A stretch of DNA of 60,965 nucleotides from a virus (Duplodnaviria > Caudoviricetes): positions 1 to 60,965 of IMG/VR virus record IMGVR_UViG_3300035144_000004; one strand, written 5' to 3'. The first letter of the stretch is position 1. Each line of letters opens with the position of its first letter. The position numbers and the translations under genes are program-made. Positions 26,801 through 35,570 of this stretch are shown here, piece by piece. A model generated the notes under the pieces. That model saw only the letters and a program-made list of their open reading frames with translations, had not been told where the DNA came from and searched no databases.

Positions 26801-29790
26801 AATCTGCCGGCAGAGAGTGGGGGCGTGCCGGTGTAGCTCGTCAGATAGCCCTGGCAAAGGATTTCTCATTTCAGGGCATGGAGCGCAAGGCGCGCATTGC
26901 AAACGGCGGTAAACAGCTTTCACGTACGCAGCGCCAAGAAGTCAAAAAGATGGCTGATGAGATTGCCAGGCTTGAGAGTAGAATAAAGGAAGAGTCTGAC
27001 AAGATCGAGAACCGGGAACGTGATAAGGCTATCCGCGACAACATTGAGCAAGACATTAAGACTGAGAAGCCAAGGAAATCCGTAAAGAAACGTACTGTTC
27101 TCAATAAAATTGGAAAGATTCTCTCAAGTCTTGGATTTTCACTGCGGAAGCCAAAGGATGATATAAAGTTCCAAATTTCTGAAGTAGGCGATGGTAAGAC
27201 TGAAGCTCAAACCGTTATCAAGGAATTGTATGACGATGCTGTCAGAATGGCAAAAGTATACCAGGAAGAGGGTATTACAGATGTCGCTTCCTTCATTTCA
27301 GTATTCAGGAGCGAATTTGGCGAGGGTGCCAAGAATGCAGAATTCACCTTTAAAAAGGCGTGGACAGATACGGTCGTAGAGGCTGAAGCTGAAAAGGTAG
27401 ATGTCAATATAGATGATATAAAGGCTGTTACCCGGGAAGCTAGGCGCATACAGAAGCAACTGGTTAAGGCCGGAGTTGTTGAGCAAAATCTAATCATTGA
27501 TGCTGTCCATGAGATCCTTGGTGCTGTAATACCTGGCATGAATAGAAATCAAGCTATTGATGCCTTAAGCGGTTATGGTCAATACTCCAAACCGTCAAAA
27601 AGCGAAGTTGATGTGGCTATCCGAGATCTGAACGCACGGCACCTCCAGTTATCCAAGCAGCTTGTCCTTGACGAAGCAATCAGAAAGGCAAATGAATGGA
27701 AAAAGCAGGGGATGAGTGATGAGCAGATTGCAACCAAGCTTGTTGACGAAGGGTTGCAGTTAAAAGCAACTGGATTTGTGAGAGGTAAGCAGAGCGACAT
27801 TGTGCGGCATATGATTGCCAAAACAAACGAGATGAAAAAGGAGCTTCCCCCGTTACCTTCAGCAAAAGAGGGACAGTTACAATCAGCACTTGACGCGGCC
27901 AAACGAGCTACCAGGAATAGAATAAATGATCTACAATGGGAAATCGACAATAAGGAGCGTATCGTCAAGACTACCAAGGCTTTGAAGGCCGACAAAGAGC
28001 TTGAACAGCTTAGAAAGCAGCGTGATGAGCTTGTAACAGAGCATAAAAAGATATTCAAGCAAGGTGCCAGCGAGGAACAGCGCGTAGCTGCTGCTGAAAG
28101 ATCGCTTGAACGGTCTATCGCGCAGGTTGAGGATCAGCTCAAGACAGGTGACATTGCCCCCAAGAAACTGACCAAGGTAACGTCTCCGAAAATCGAGGCG
28201 CTTAGATCTCGCCTGAAGGCATTGCAAGCGCAGCGAAAAGTTTTGAGGGACGTCGCTAATCCGAAATTGACACCAGAGGAAAAAGCCCGTCGGAATTACG
28301 AGGCGAATATTCTTCGCCGCATTGCTGACTATGAGCAAAGGATTGCTGACAAAGACTTCGCCCCACAAAAGCGAAAGGATCCGCGACAGCTATCCGCCGA
28401 AGAGTTGAAACTAAAGCACAGGCTTGAGGATACAAAGCAGAAGTTCTTTGAAAAGGCCGGTCAGTACAGACTTGCAAATCTTAGCCCTGTTGGAAAACTC
28501 GTTGACTATGCAAGGGAAACTGCGCATCTGTCACGCGCTCTGATGACATCTATTGACTTGTCGGCAGTATTTAGGCAAGGTGGTATTACCGTCTATTCGC
28601 ATCCCAAGCTTGCAAAGGAAGCTGCCAAGGCCATGACTAAGGCACTGATCAGCAAGCAGGAGGCGTTCAACTCTGCTGAAGCGATCCGCAATGACAAACT
28701 GGGTCAGTTTGCCGAAACAGCAGGGCTCAATATTACTGCTGACGATGGCCGTATCACCCGCCAGGAAGAGGCATTTATGGGGCGTTGGGCTGACAAGATC
28801 CCCGGCGTTGCTGGTAGCGGCAGGGCATATGTGACGTTCCTGAACAATATGCGATTCAACCTGTTTAAGATGATGGTTGAAAATATCGGCAAAGACGGCA
28901 GGGTCACGCTTGATGAGGCCAAAATCATTGCAAAGTATATCAATGTTGCGACTGGTCGGGCTGACTTTAAAGCGCTCAACAGTGCTGCTGCAAACATGAA
29001 TACGGTGTTTTTCGCTCCAAGGTATGTTGCATCCCGGTTCCAGTACCTTGCGATGCCGTTCTATCTTCCGTTTATGAAGACATCAACAAGGGTAAAGAAA
29101 GCCCTTGCTTTGGAGTATGCACGGACGTTTGCAGGCGCATCTGTCTTTATGGGGTCTCTTATGGCATTAGCCTATATCAGCGGCGGTGAAGATGATGAAC
29201 CGACACTTGAATTTGATCCGCGTTCATCAGACTTTATGAAGATAAGGATTGGTGAGACACGTATTGACGCTATGGCTGGACTGCAACAGGCTCTTGTATT
29301 CTCTTCAAGGATAGCAACCGGAAAAACAAAATCTGTAACATCGAAAGAACTCAAAGAGCTTTCTGGAAAACGTGGGCCGTATGCCACAACACGATGGGAC
29401 GTAGCCGGTAGATTTTTGAGGACAAAGCTTGGCCCAATCCCAGGAGCCACAGTAACCGCCATGGATGACATGACTGACGTTGTAGGTAACAAGAAGACTC
29501 CTACTTCTTTAATTGGCGGCCTATTCTTCCCGTTATCTGTCAGGGAGGTAGTGGATACAATTAGCGCTCGGGGCATCACTAAGGGCACTGCAATTTCGAC
29601 TATGGCGATCTTTGGAATGGGTGTAGGGACCTATGGTGATCGTACCAGATACATATCTGCTTCTGCAGAAGAGCGAAAAGAAATGTTTGAGAAAGATCTC
29701 AAAAAAGCCAAGAAAGGCGATGCTCCGCTTGCTTACGCAGATCAACTATCTCCTGATATGCTGAGAAAATACCAAGCCAAAATACGGTGA
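20866..29790 (+). CDS. Large polyvalent ejection-type protein with LPD5/LPD1-like and zincin (HExxH) domains
   Basis: 2974 aa; KIEDFGE..QGARK, FGFRGVQFGNW, SLAHEWFHA, DYWS...EM.AR.FE; further HEAFH and HEALH. Confidence 0.8.
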   Translation: MSEFDALSNLDSAKPKLPALRRPKAPQAPRVDEVKSEFDALSDISEFEAQRAQRIAAEDQIRREESAGMSTFGKQFRAGVHGMIGTVHAARGALNRLTGDYVDEAAALRNAEERMAMAASYPRQTSLTGTEGTKSAFEDPITYFMETAGQAAPSLIESVGTGILSAAVATQITPGIDPTDVALAPTGFVAGLLGKQAVKKMLFNYLGKNLAKRVIEVGAKHGAKGLGVAAARKVIPAMSIAAVTGSHEAGGMYMDLKERGITAPGSSLAMGLVSGLSEGLMGATPSMMKLVGHLGKKGIADTFKRRGVKAAAGILWDAAKGAKEEGIQEGFQELLAMANMDINDPNHKWTKESFIRFVESAAAGAVVGGVTGGAGGIRTAIGGLRQDQAAAPTAIIAEEEAAIPPESAEGQPYVPPDTLSGLRQPPADIADAELDLGIQPIPPEPSSLQDLDDDSRNRVAAHTGKGKFHLLKTAKDMGLDIDPNLPRAQIARAIVDAENAAVSQQIQQEVAPEPVQEEILAPETQQEPEVQPEVRQPLALTEDEAIEQFGTPEERIQDAGKIAMNERRIDKTQRSFDRFAQTNEALNNPAFVAANQELLSAAENAIAQNNHALFKDALIPLKKEMRRWKRDQRRAMEVRRQSAQARQAQRRQRLRDVTPIQKPEVEQIQDEQDLQEIPPRQEQQQVGPVLQEEAQPVTDREPEGVSVVPEREAAPAEEADADLDARYISKDRLTEAEAAEVTGVEAIEGVEFGQFRGKRVMRSRRTGPVWRFQPSPGEFVAAKKAAPEKVETKKAPVEPTEAPAPAEAEAKPEEAQAQEVAPEEEVKAEPTTAAKEPAPQPKVEKKAEKIEDFGEVLQGARKHFAETFEAAKELDIRLVPLSKSFPAPNYQELVDKGVDPLAVGWARTLRESIGNKPRKRGVEYWAKTTESVRNVFEKLISGDVSPEKIAAEIGNTNVYGNLDYKTRGRAELYAELGHENSLAGYTMAQSHFNLYTDRKTGEVLENVNRWRISNDSRRGYASDIATAETKEEVISLFKTFLDEKKAADSTKGKKFKIGTLRRNGKHIIFKKIRRNEVILSPEFDSRVEAAKYLDENFDKINEEFEAYRTIHPVRKDINDPRVGEAYRDGDVTPELFTNAFGFRGVQFGNWVENDKRQADLNDSFDALMDLAAVLGVEPKALSLNSRIGLAFGARGKGGKGAPKAHFERGAGIINLTKKMGAGSLAHEWFHAADETFAIQDESNLTMLSDAKPWHTPRKIRPELLQAFKDVQAAIAGTELKKRSKELDAKRTKDYWSTDVEMSARVFEQYVIHMLNAQGFSNDFLANIVSDPEVFLGGEKEFPYLLQSEEKPVFQAFNNLFKEVKTRKTDKGVEMFRTAPTATRKTLTKLQERVLGNEFKRMLGSSAKLEFADALFAGGKVRLGQYVDALAKVARNQTLEEAELTTYHEAFHAGLDLFVTPKQKESILEQYNGDEEAAADAFMQYAKDRKSVVGKIRIAFGKILSAIKKAFVGEGKKDRAMAFYDKLYTGELATQPTTEVVPELAPAFRTRSILRNTMVQSLGQETKALFDKRIEQKQPRERARSLEELIEASFVNEDNGDHPFEGFSEKELRIIDPTSFDPNASTDAVDEAYEKAIGISNIRYRTLDINESSIKGTFPGAELSKGDKMWSVVLPGGSKFDIILAEDIPLDVESIMRDYKMTREQANSVKSAAGATASAGVALRLSDGNVLTLNDLSILIDESKYDDSTIKHEALHTAKELGFFDTAYGKSLWDALMLEYGSEEAIAKARGAWEGQYGLWANLVQWFHRMAANFGIEWNPDFAMNETFTSEFWAQGVKDFDPKEISYQVTVPDPANAPITSIRNDVANELRNLRGKDKLEGVEAETQEMWLDDAGTALHYDNSAGGRLIQEMLRNPRVLSDRETAILQVHYRREYNVYERLSDKLFVLQDKNAHPSEIATAQAEVDTQFAALSKIEEATKSAGREWGRAGVARQIALAKDFSFQGMERKARIANGGKQLSRTQRQEVKKMADEIARLESRIKEESDKIENRERDKAIRDNIEQDIKTEKPRKSVKKRTVLNKIGKILSSLGFSLRKPKDDIKFQISEVGDGKTEAQTVIKELYDDAVRMAKVYQEEGITDVASFISVFRSEFGEGAKNAEFTFKKAWTDTVVEAEAEKVDVNIDDIKAVTREARRIQKQLVKAGVVEQNLIIDAVHEILGAVIPGMNRNQAIDALSGYGQYSKPSKSEVDVAIRDLNARHLQLSKQLVLDEAIRKANEWKKQGMSDEQIATKLVDEGLQLKATGFVRGKQSDIVRHMIAKTNEMKKELPPLPSAKEGQLQSALDAAKRATRNRINDLQWEIDNKERIVKTTKALKADKELEQLRKQRDELVTEHKKIFKQGASEEQRVAAAERSLERSIAQVEDQLKTGDIAPKKLTKVTSPKIEALRSRLKALQAQRKVLRDVANPKLTPEEKARRNYEANILRRIADYEQRIADKDFAPQKRKDPRQLSAEELKLKHRLEDTKQKFFEKAGQYRLANLSPVGKLVDYARETAHLSRALMTSIDLSAVFRQGGITVYSHPKLAKEAAKAMTKALISKQEAFNSAEAIRNDKLGQFAETAGLNITADDGRITRQEEAFMGRWADKIPGVAGSGRAYVTFLNNMRFNLFKMMVENIGKDGRVTLDEAKIIAKYINVATGRADFKALNSAAANMNTVFFAPRYVASRFQYLAMPFYLPFMKTSTRVKKALALEYARTFAGASVFMGSLMALAYISGGEDDEPTLEFDPRSSDFMKIRIGETRIDAMAGLQQALVFSSRIATGKTKSVTSKELKELSGKRGPYATTRWDVAGRFLRTKLGPIPGATVTAMDDMTDVVGNKKTPTSLIGGLFFPLSVREVVDTISARGITKGTAISTMAIFGMGVGTYGDRTRYISASAEERKEMFEKDLKKAKKGDAPLAYADQLSPDMLRKYQAKIR

Positions 29791-29799
29791 GAATTCAAT

Positions 29800-29826
29800 A
29801 AAAAAGCCCCCTTTTTACAGGGGGCA
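29800..29826 (-). terminator. Intrinsic terminator at the convergence of early and late transcription
   Basis: GCCCCCT/AGGGGGC hairpin with an A-run on its left (U-run on the - strand). Confidence 0.75.
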
Positions 29827-30485
29827 GAACATTTGGATTTGAGGCATCGGTTTACTTCATAGGCTTCTCCTATTTTAATATCCTAACAAGTCTGCATTGA
29901 GCATTACAGCAGCCCTATGACTTGAGCTTGTGTAGTCTGGCACTTTTCCAACTTGAGCTCTTGCTTTTTCGATGCGATATTGCGTCGTCAGATCAAGGTG
30001 ATCAAATGAGTCGGTCAGATGTTTGGCGAGTTCTTTGAATTTCTTTTCTGTCAGCATGATGATATCTCCTATTTTTCTTGTTGGTATTTCTTTATTCGTT
30101 CAACTTTGTTTCTGGCTACTGCAATTACATGTTCTTTTTACTCGTAGTCACTCTCGTCACCACAATGGTCAGAATAAAGTTCATCCAGAACCCATAGTTG
30201 GTGTGCCAGTCGGTTTATCAGCGCATCTTTGTCGGCTAACTTGCGCTCATATTCTCGACATAGCCCACAATGGGGCTCGCCGTCTATTTGATCCCACTTC
30301 TCAGAGTACAGGGCTATCGCTCTACCACAGTTAAAACAATTCATGCTTTACCTCTTTAGTATCATGTTTCTGGTCAGCTTTGCCGAGTTGGTAGATACCC
30401 CAAGCGTAGAGGGTTACTGCTGCCACAATAGCAACGACGGTCAAAATCCGTCTGATTAGCCATCCTACTTCTGTAAGTCCGTTGG

Positions 30486-30974
30486 TCATTGCATTTTCAC
30501 TCTTTTGCATATTTTCACAATTCCTTTCCTGATTGCATCATATTCCGCAGCCCGTCTTTTCATAATTCCTTTTCTGATTGTCTCGTATTCCTCATCAGAC
30601 AATATCCAGTTAAAGGCCATTGACCACCATACGCCAGCCGTTCGCGTGATAATTGACTTCTCAATCTTCTTTCTTAGGCGCTTTTTCCGCTTCTTTGGTG
30701 CCGTATACCTCAATGAACCATACAGTTGTATTCTGGTCATCTGTTCCGGTGGCGGCCATTCTGGATTGCGATTTACGACATCGCTGTTATACGATGTGCC
30801 AACACCGCTTTCGCTGGAAAATGGGGGGATTGGTTCTGTGTTCCACGAAGTAATGTCAGTGTCAACAAGGTTTGTAGCTCGAAGTATTGGTTTCGAACCG
30901 TTTACAACTGGACAGTTTACCCCGGGAATCACCGCCTTGTCAAGTATGCTGTCAAATATGGATTTGCGTGTCAT
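30486..30974 (-). CDS. Hypothetical protein
   Basis: 162-aa ORF; ATGA overlap with the upstream gene. Confidence 0.5.
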   Translation of the reverse strand: MTRKSIFDSILDKAVIPGVNCPVVNGSKPILRATNLVDTDITSWNTEPIPPFSSESGVGTSYNSDVVNRNPEWPPPEQMTRIQLYGSLRYTAPKKRKKRLRKKIEKSIITRTAGVWWSMAFNWILSDEEYETIRKGIMKRRAAEYDAIRKGIVKICKRVKMQ

Positions 30975-31186
30975 AGGTCAAGCTCCAGCTGATCTTTGAT
31001 TACTGACTGCTTCGGGCGTGCCTTTTCCAGTATGATAAGCTGATCCGCCGTCTTGTGCCGTACGAGGCCGCTTTCCATTTCGATGTAATACTTAACTGAA
31101 GTAGGAAACGAAACGGGTCGGATTACCCTACCTCTCATATCGGTTCCAACGATCTCAACCAGGTCGCCTTTGTTAATCTTGCTCAT
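30971..31186 (-). CDS. Small SH3/KOW-like hypothetical protein
   Basis: INKGDLVEIVGT..RGRV pattern. Confidence 0.55.
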   Translation of the reverse strand: MSKINKGDLVEIVGTDMRGRVIRPVSFPTSVKYYIEMESGLVRHKTADQLIILEKARPKQSVIKDQLELDL

Positions 31187-31391
31187 CGATATCCCCCTTC
31201 TTTCGTCGCGTTACCTCTTGTTTCATCTGCAACTGGGCTTCGATACCGTGAATCCGCTGGATTGCCCGTTTCATTTCCGCGAATATCTGAACGCGGGTTG
31301 ACTGCCGTTTAGCCGAATGGAGATGGTGCCGGATTATGCGGCACTCTTCAAGAAGGGCTTCAGGCGTGGTAAGGTTTTGTACTTTTGGCAT
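31173..31391 (-). CDS. Hypothetical protein
   Basis: AGGAGTAGCA RBS (31396-31405). Confidence 0.65.
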   Translation of the reverse strand: MPKVQNLTTPEALLEECRIIRHHLHSAKRQSTRVQIFAEMKRAIQRIHGIEAQLQMKQEVTRRKKGDIDEQD

Positions 31392-31824
31392 TGGTTGCTA
31401 CTCCTCTGTTGTGTTTCTAATCTAACTGAGTCTTGGCGTTTGTCAAGGGGTCTTTGCTTGTTTCATAGCCTGCTCTACCCAGTACTCCGCAGTGTGAATC
31501 TCGTACCATCCACCGCTTGCGTCTTCGTCGATCTCCTGGAGCTGATTGGCAAGCCATTCGAGTGCGGCTTTGAGTTGTTTGTTTTCCTGCTCCAGATTCT
31601 CGGCGTGTCTCTCTGCAAATTCTCCACTCATTTCAATGCCCTCGTGTCTTTGGTCGTTGCTATTTCGATCTTTCCTGAGTCGTTCAGGATGCGGCAGAAC
31701 TGTTTGTTAGAGTCGGGATGTTCGATAAACGTGCCACGCTCAAATGCCAGATCGCCGCTTTCCTGTTTTAAGTATTCCCCGGTAACTCCGCATCGCTTTC
31801 GGTAGCTGACTGGTGTTCCGTGCC

Positions 31825-32343
31825 TCATTCTTCCACCTCGCCTGTTTTGAACACCATCATAGAATTGTGAAACAATGGAACATCAAGAATATCAGAGTAG
31901 AAATCTCCTTTCCCTGAAATATGCCCTTTAGGGATTTTGCATGGAGCGATATCGAACTCATTCCATGCATCTTCCGCCTCGTATTCGCCATACATACGAA
32001 TGTAGTCATTCTGCACTTTCTTAGGCATCTCTTTGAACGTCTTGTAATACTGGTCAGTGTCCTCAATATCACATATTCTTTGCCATCCTGGATTATCTCT
32101 ACACCACTTAATAGCATGTAGAGCCGCTTGACCAACGGTAAACTCTTCCAGTCTGATGACATAGGCATTCTTAAACGGTCTGAGCTTGCGAGCAGCCTTA
32201 AGTGCTTTTGCTGCCCTTGCCTCTCCGCTAAATACCTTTGCTACTCCAGCCTTTAATGTTCTGCCCGGATCTCCTGACCATCTTGCAAGCCAGCATCCTT
32301 TTTCTAGTTCGACAACATACATATCGCTACTCCCTTTACTCAC
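31825..32343 (-). CDS. Hypothetical protein (alternative start 32322)
   Basis: 172-aa ORF; GGGAGTAGCG precedes the ATG at 32322. Confidence 0.6.
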   Translation of the reverse strand: MSKGSSDMYVVELEKGCWLARWSGDPGRTLKAGVAKVFSGEARAAKALKAARKLRPFKNAYVIRLEEFTVGQAALHAIKWCRDNPGWQRICDIEDTDQYYKTFKEMPKKVQNDYIRMYGEYEAEDAWNEFDIAPCKIPKGHISGKGDFYSDILDVPLFHNSMMVFKTGEVEE

Positions 32344-32535
32344 TTATCAGTCCACGCTGTTCAAGGCTCTCTATCGTTCCATACTCCGCTTCGCGAGCGT
32401 AATAGCCTGCCAGAAAGAAGAAGTGGCATAGGCAGCACAGCGCAGTAAGCATAACGAAGATGAATACTATCTTTGCCAGGATCTTCAGGTTGTGCCAGAC
32501 TTCGACCCATAGTCGGTAGATTGCGTCTTTCATTG

Positions 32536-33105
32536 CTACACCTCAATTTTATACTTTAATCGCTTGATTTCAACCGCAAGCAAGTCGGCTTCGATCTTTG
32601 CACTGGACTCTTTATCAAAAAGTTTTACCAAGTTCTTTTTTCTGACCTTTTCAACTCTATCGCTCCGTCGCCTTAGCTGACCAATCCTTTCCAGAGATGC
32701 GCTGCGACCGCTCTCTACTGCCTTTTTGGTATCCTCTATGATTGAAAGAATCTCATTACCAACATTCATAGCCTCGTCAGATTCTCGCTTTGCCTTTTCA
32801 GCAATGCGAACGAGCTTCTTGTGATACTCTTCAGCTGCAATTAGCAATAGCTCTTCAATAATCGACCGTTGCAATCTTTTGGGCTCGACCCCTGTCCTAT
32901 CCAAGATTTCCTGTTTCACAGATCGAGCATTTCTATTTATAGCCGCCTGCTGCTTGGCAGTTACTGCCAGTCCACCTTCAGGGCAGATTGAATTGTCATA
33001 TGCTTCACAACGGTCATGATATTCCTTGGCTAGTTTCTGGAGTAACTTTTCGGTCTTTCCAAACTGAGGAGTATTCATATACATGGTTTTGAATTGCTCT
33101 TTCAT
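32536..33105 (-). CDS. Hypothetical coiled-coil protein
   Basis: GAGG RBS; TGATG overlap. Confidence 0.6.
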   Translation of the reverse strand: MKEQFKTMYMNTPQFGKTEKLLQKLAKEYHDRCEAYDNSICPEGGLAVTAKQQAAINRNARSVKQEILDRTGVEPKRLQRSIIEELLLIAAEEYHKKLVRIAEKAKRESDEAMNVGNEILSIIEDTKKAVESGRSASLERIGQLRRRSDRVEKVRKKNLVKLFDKESSAKIEADLLAVEIKRLKYKIEV

Positions 33106-33413
33106 CAGTCTTCCCTCAGCTTAAAGTGTTCACATTCTCTTGTTTTAAGCAATTCATCGTACTCGATGTTATCTTCTGTGACATTGCACCACCAATGGGG
33201 CGGCTCGTACGGTTCATAGTTGCCGTATATCTCTGGTTTCATAGGGCATCCAGATCCCCTTGTTTCAGACTCAAACTCCAGATTCACACATCCTTTGCAA
33301 TGCGACCTATTTGGGTTTTTCCGGCATCTGCTCTTTTCGTGTCTGATTACATGCCCCTTATATCGTGAGGTCATAGAGCAGTAGTCACAGCCGTAGGCTT
33401 GTATCTGTTTCAT
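33105..33413 (-). CDS. Cys/His-rich zinc-finger protein
   Basis: YGCDYC...H...HE..C..NP...C..C. Confidence 0.65.
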   Translation of the reverse strand: MKQIQAYGCDYCSMTSRYKGHVIRHEKSRCRKNPNRSHCKGCVNLEFESETRGSGCPMKPEIYGNYEPYEPPHWWCNVTEDNIEYDELLKTRECEHFKLRED

Positions 33414-34237
33414 CAGTCTTCCCTCCTGTCATCTTCCTTGCTGCCAATTATGTTTGCCTTGGGGATCATCCGAATCAGGCGAGCCAATACAGCGTCACCG
33501 TGATCATGGTCGCCGTTGCCGTTCAAGCGTCGGCGCAATTGCTTTCCGCCTTTGTTGGAGGTTATCCACAGCTTCAGACCGTCGCGCTCCCTGATGTCAA
33601 TCAAGTCATACAGTAGCTCGGCCTTTACTTCAGTCATCTTCTCTTTGCCGAGGTCGTCAAGGATCAATAAGCGTGTCTTGGCCGCTTTGTTGAACTCCGT
33701 GGTTGCCTCTGCCCTGGCTTTCCAATCTCCAGCACGTAAGGTGGACTGGTTCCTGAACCAGGAGCTACACCGGATTGCCCGACATGGCAGAGCGTGATTC
33801 TTGATCATCCGAAATGCAGCGTGCATAAGAGTGTGAGTTTTACCAATGCCATTGGTGCCACCGATCCAGACGTTTTGTTCCAGGCGGGCTTCAATCCATG
33901 GCAATAGTTGGTCACTGCCAGTCTCTTTCGCCTTTGCGTCATTCCAGACTTGATAGGCGCTTGGGATGCCGGAATTGATAATCATCTCCGGCACTGCATC
34001 AAACCGCCGCATTTCGTCAATCTCGGCTGACTTCTTGATTGCGCATGGGTCGCAGTACCTCGGGCCGCTGTTCTGGAACATCTTCGGAATGCCGCATTCA
34101 AACGTCACGCCGCATTTGCATGTCCGGGTAACTGTCACCAATTCGGAGAACGGGCTGACATCCAGTGTCGTTTCATTCTTCTTCTTGTCGGTCTTTGTGA
34201 AGTCGATACCAATGTCAATGTGTTCTTGTTCAGTCAT
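33413..34237 (-). CDS. DnaC/IstB-like AAA+ helicase loader
   Basis: CxC...CxxC zinc motif, Walker A GTNGIGKT, LLILDDLG, LWITSN; follows the initiator. Confidence 0.85.
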   Translation of the reverse strand: MTEQEHIDIGIDFTKTDKKKNETTLDVSPFSELVTVTRTCKCGVTFECGIPKMFQNSGPRYCDPCAIKKSAEIDEMRRFDAVPEMIINSGIPSAYQVWNDAKAKETGSDQLLPWIEARLEQNVWIGGTNGIGKTHTLMHAAFRMIKNHALPCRAIRCSSWFRNQSTLRAGDWKARAEATTEFNKAAKTRLLILDDLGKEKMTEVKAELLYDLIDIRERDGLKLWITSNKGGKQLRRRLNGNGDHDHGDAVLARLIRMIPKANIIGSKEDDRRED

Positions 34238-34922
34238 AAAGCCCATAGCCTCCCTGTTCTTGTTTCTCAGCCGGGGCAAGTCCACCCTTGCTTTGCTCAT
34301 CCCTAAGAGCCCTGATGACCCATTGCCTAATTGCTGAATAGTCACATTTGTAAGTCTTGCCGTTTGCCGCCTTGTAGGTAGACAGTTTTTCAATACACCA
34401 GTCCACTTCAGCCTTTGACAGTTCAGCGTTCAGCTTCTCATACTCACGGCACAGCATAGTGACATTATCCGCATAGGATGTTTTCTCTTTGGACTTATCC
34501 TTAATCTTATCCTTAGATTTATCTGTATCTTTATCCAGTACAGTACTAAGTACAGTACATAAACACTTTCCTAACCCTTTGGCAACTGTTATGTCAGCCT
34601 CAGAATACTGCTCAAGTCGTTTAATAACGGAAGCATGGGCTTTTACGTTAGGATTGAGTTTTGTGTACTGAAATGGGATGAAGTCAGGCATAAACCACTT
34701 ATCATCTGACAATACTTCTATCCTGTCGCCAAACGCCTTGCTGATCTCTTCTTTAGTGACTTTTTGTCCGATCATAAACGAAGCAAGCTCCAAGTCGCAT
34801 TCAAAAATTCCTGCATGGTCACATCGAGTAAAAAGATAGAAGAAACAGGCTTTCATCTTTGGAGTAAGCTTCCTAAACCATGCTTTGTTCCAAATGTCAG
34901 TATCTACGAATCGCTTAGCCAT
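34230..34922 (-). CDS. Phage replication initiator (replisome organiser)
   Basis: MAKRF.DT.IW...WFR.L...K..F.YL...CDHAGI N-terminus; DKDTDKSKDK linker; Y...N.K.YK.DY.AIR.WV C-terminal domain. Confidence 0.85.
   Translation of the reverse strand: MAKRFVDTDIWNKAWFRKLTPKMKACFFYLFTRCDHAGIFECDLELASFMIGQKVTKEEISKAFGDRIEVLSDDKWFMPDFIPFQYTKLNPNVKAHASVIKRLEQYSEADITVAKGLGKCLCTVLSTVLDKDTDKSKDKIKDKSKEKTSYADNVTMLCREYEKLNAELSKAEVDWCIEKLSTYKAANGKTYKCDYSAIRQWVIRALRDEQSKGGLAPAEKQEQGGYGLYD
34490..34560. repeat. Iteron-like repeats in the initiator linker (possible origin)
   Basis: Repeated TTATCC/TTATCT units and AGTACAGTAC twice. Confidence 0.4.
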
Positions 34923-35436
34923 TCCCGACCCCTTTTGTTACGCGTTTTGCTATTTCATTAAACCATTGTTTCGGAACTTCATGACCGTCGATTAAGAAAA
35001 TCTGCTCGGGGTGTATAACGACAGACATTTTCTGTCCGTACGATTTGACGTTACTGGATAAAAGATCAACAATATGAAGATTGACAAAGTCCGTGTTTGA
35101 TAACTGTCCTTCCTCATATGCGTCTGGTAGCTTGTGTCGCAAAAATGCAATCACAAATTGTTCAGCACTTTCAAAAGTTGCGTCCATTGAGTACTTATTG
35201 TGAATTGTATCGTGACAATCGGCACATGCAAGCATAACGTTTTCAGAACTATCATCGCTCCAGTCTTTTGGATATCTGAAATGGTGGCAGTGAAGCTCTA
35301 TGTTACTGCCGCTGCTCTCGCAAAGTCGGCATGTCTCATCGTCACGCCTATGCACTTCTTTGCGGATCTGCTCCCATTCTAGTGATTTAAGGTAGTCTTC
35401 GTAAGAATCCCACTTCTTGCGTTTTCTTGTTGGCAT
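34915..35436 (-). CDS. HNH endonuclease family protein
   Basis: Y..YL.S.EW...R..V..RD..TC.LC...HCHH..Y...L.C.DCH..IH. Confidence 0.85.
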   Translation of the reverse strand: MPTRKRKKWDSYEDYLKSLEWEQIRKEVHRRDDETCRLCESSGSNIELHCHHFRYPKDWSDDSSENVMLACADCHDTIHNKYSMDATFESAEQFVIAFLRHKLPDAYEEGQLSNTDFVNLHIVDLLSSNVKSYGQKMSVVIHPEQIFLIDGHEVPKQWFNEIAKRVTKGVGNG

Positions 35437-35451
35437 AGGTTTGACTCCTAT

Positions 35452-35570
35452 AAAATAAAAGCCACCCGGTCAAAGCAGGTTGCGTAGGATGCAAACCTCG
35501 GGTGGCGTAAATTGTTCCAGCGGCTTTGACCTCGCTATAAACACTCTACTCTACTCCCCGCCGCTTTCAA
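35452..35570 (-). ncRNA. Putative promoter plus ~85-nt leader/small RNA ending in a terminator before the replication operon
   Basis: TTGAAA-16-TAGAGT; GCCACCCG/CGGGTGGC stem followed by TTTTATTTT; internal hairpin; GGTCAAAGC/GCTTTGACC complementarity. Confidence 0.6.

Noticed and set aside
1101-29790. Stop-codon reassignment suggested by the odd tRNAs
   Set aside because: Long genes are intact in the standard code, and TAA, TAG and TGA all end genes.
20866-29790. N4-like virion RNA polymerase
   Set aside because: Despite the size and the N4-type capsid, I found no T7-type polymerase motifs.
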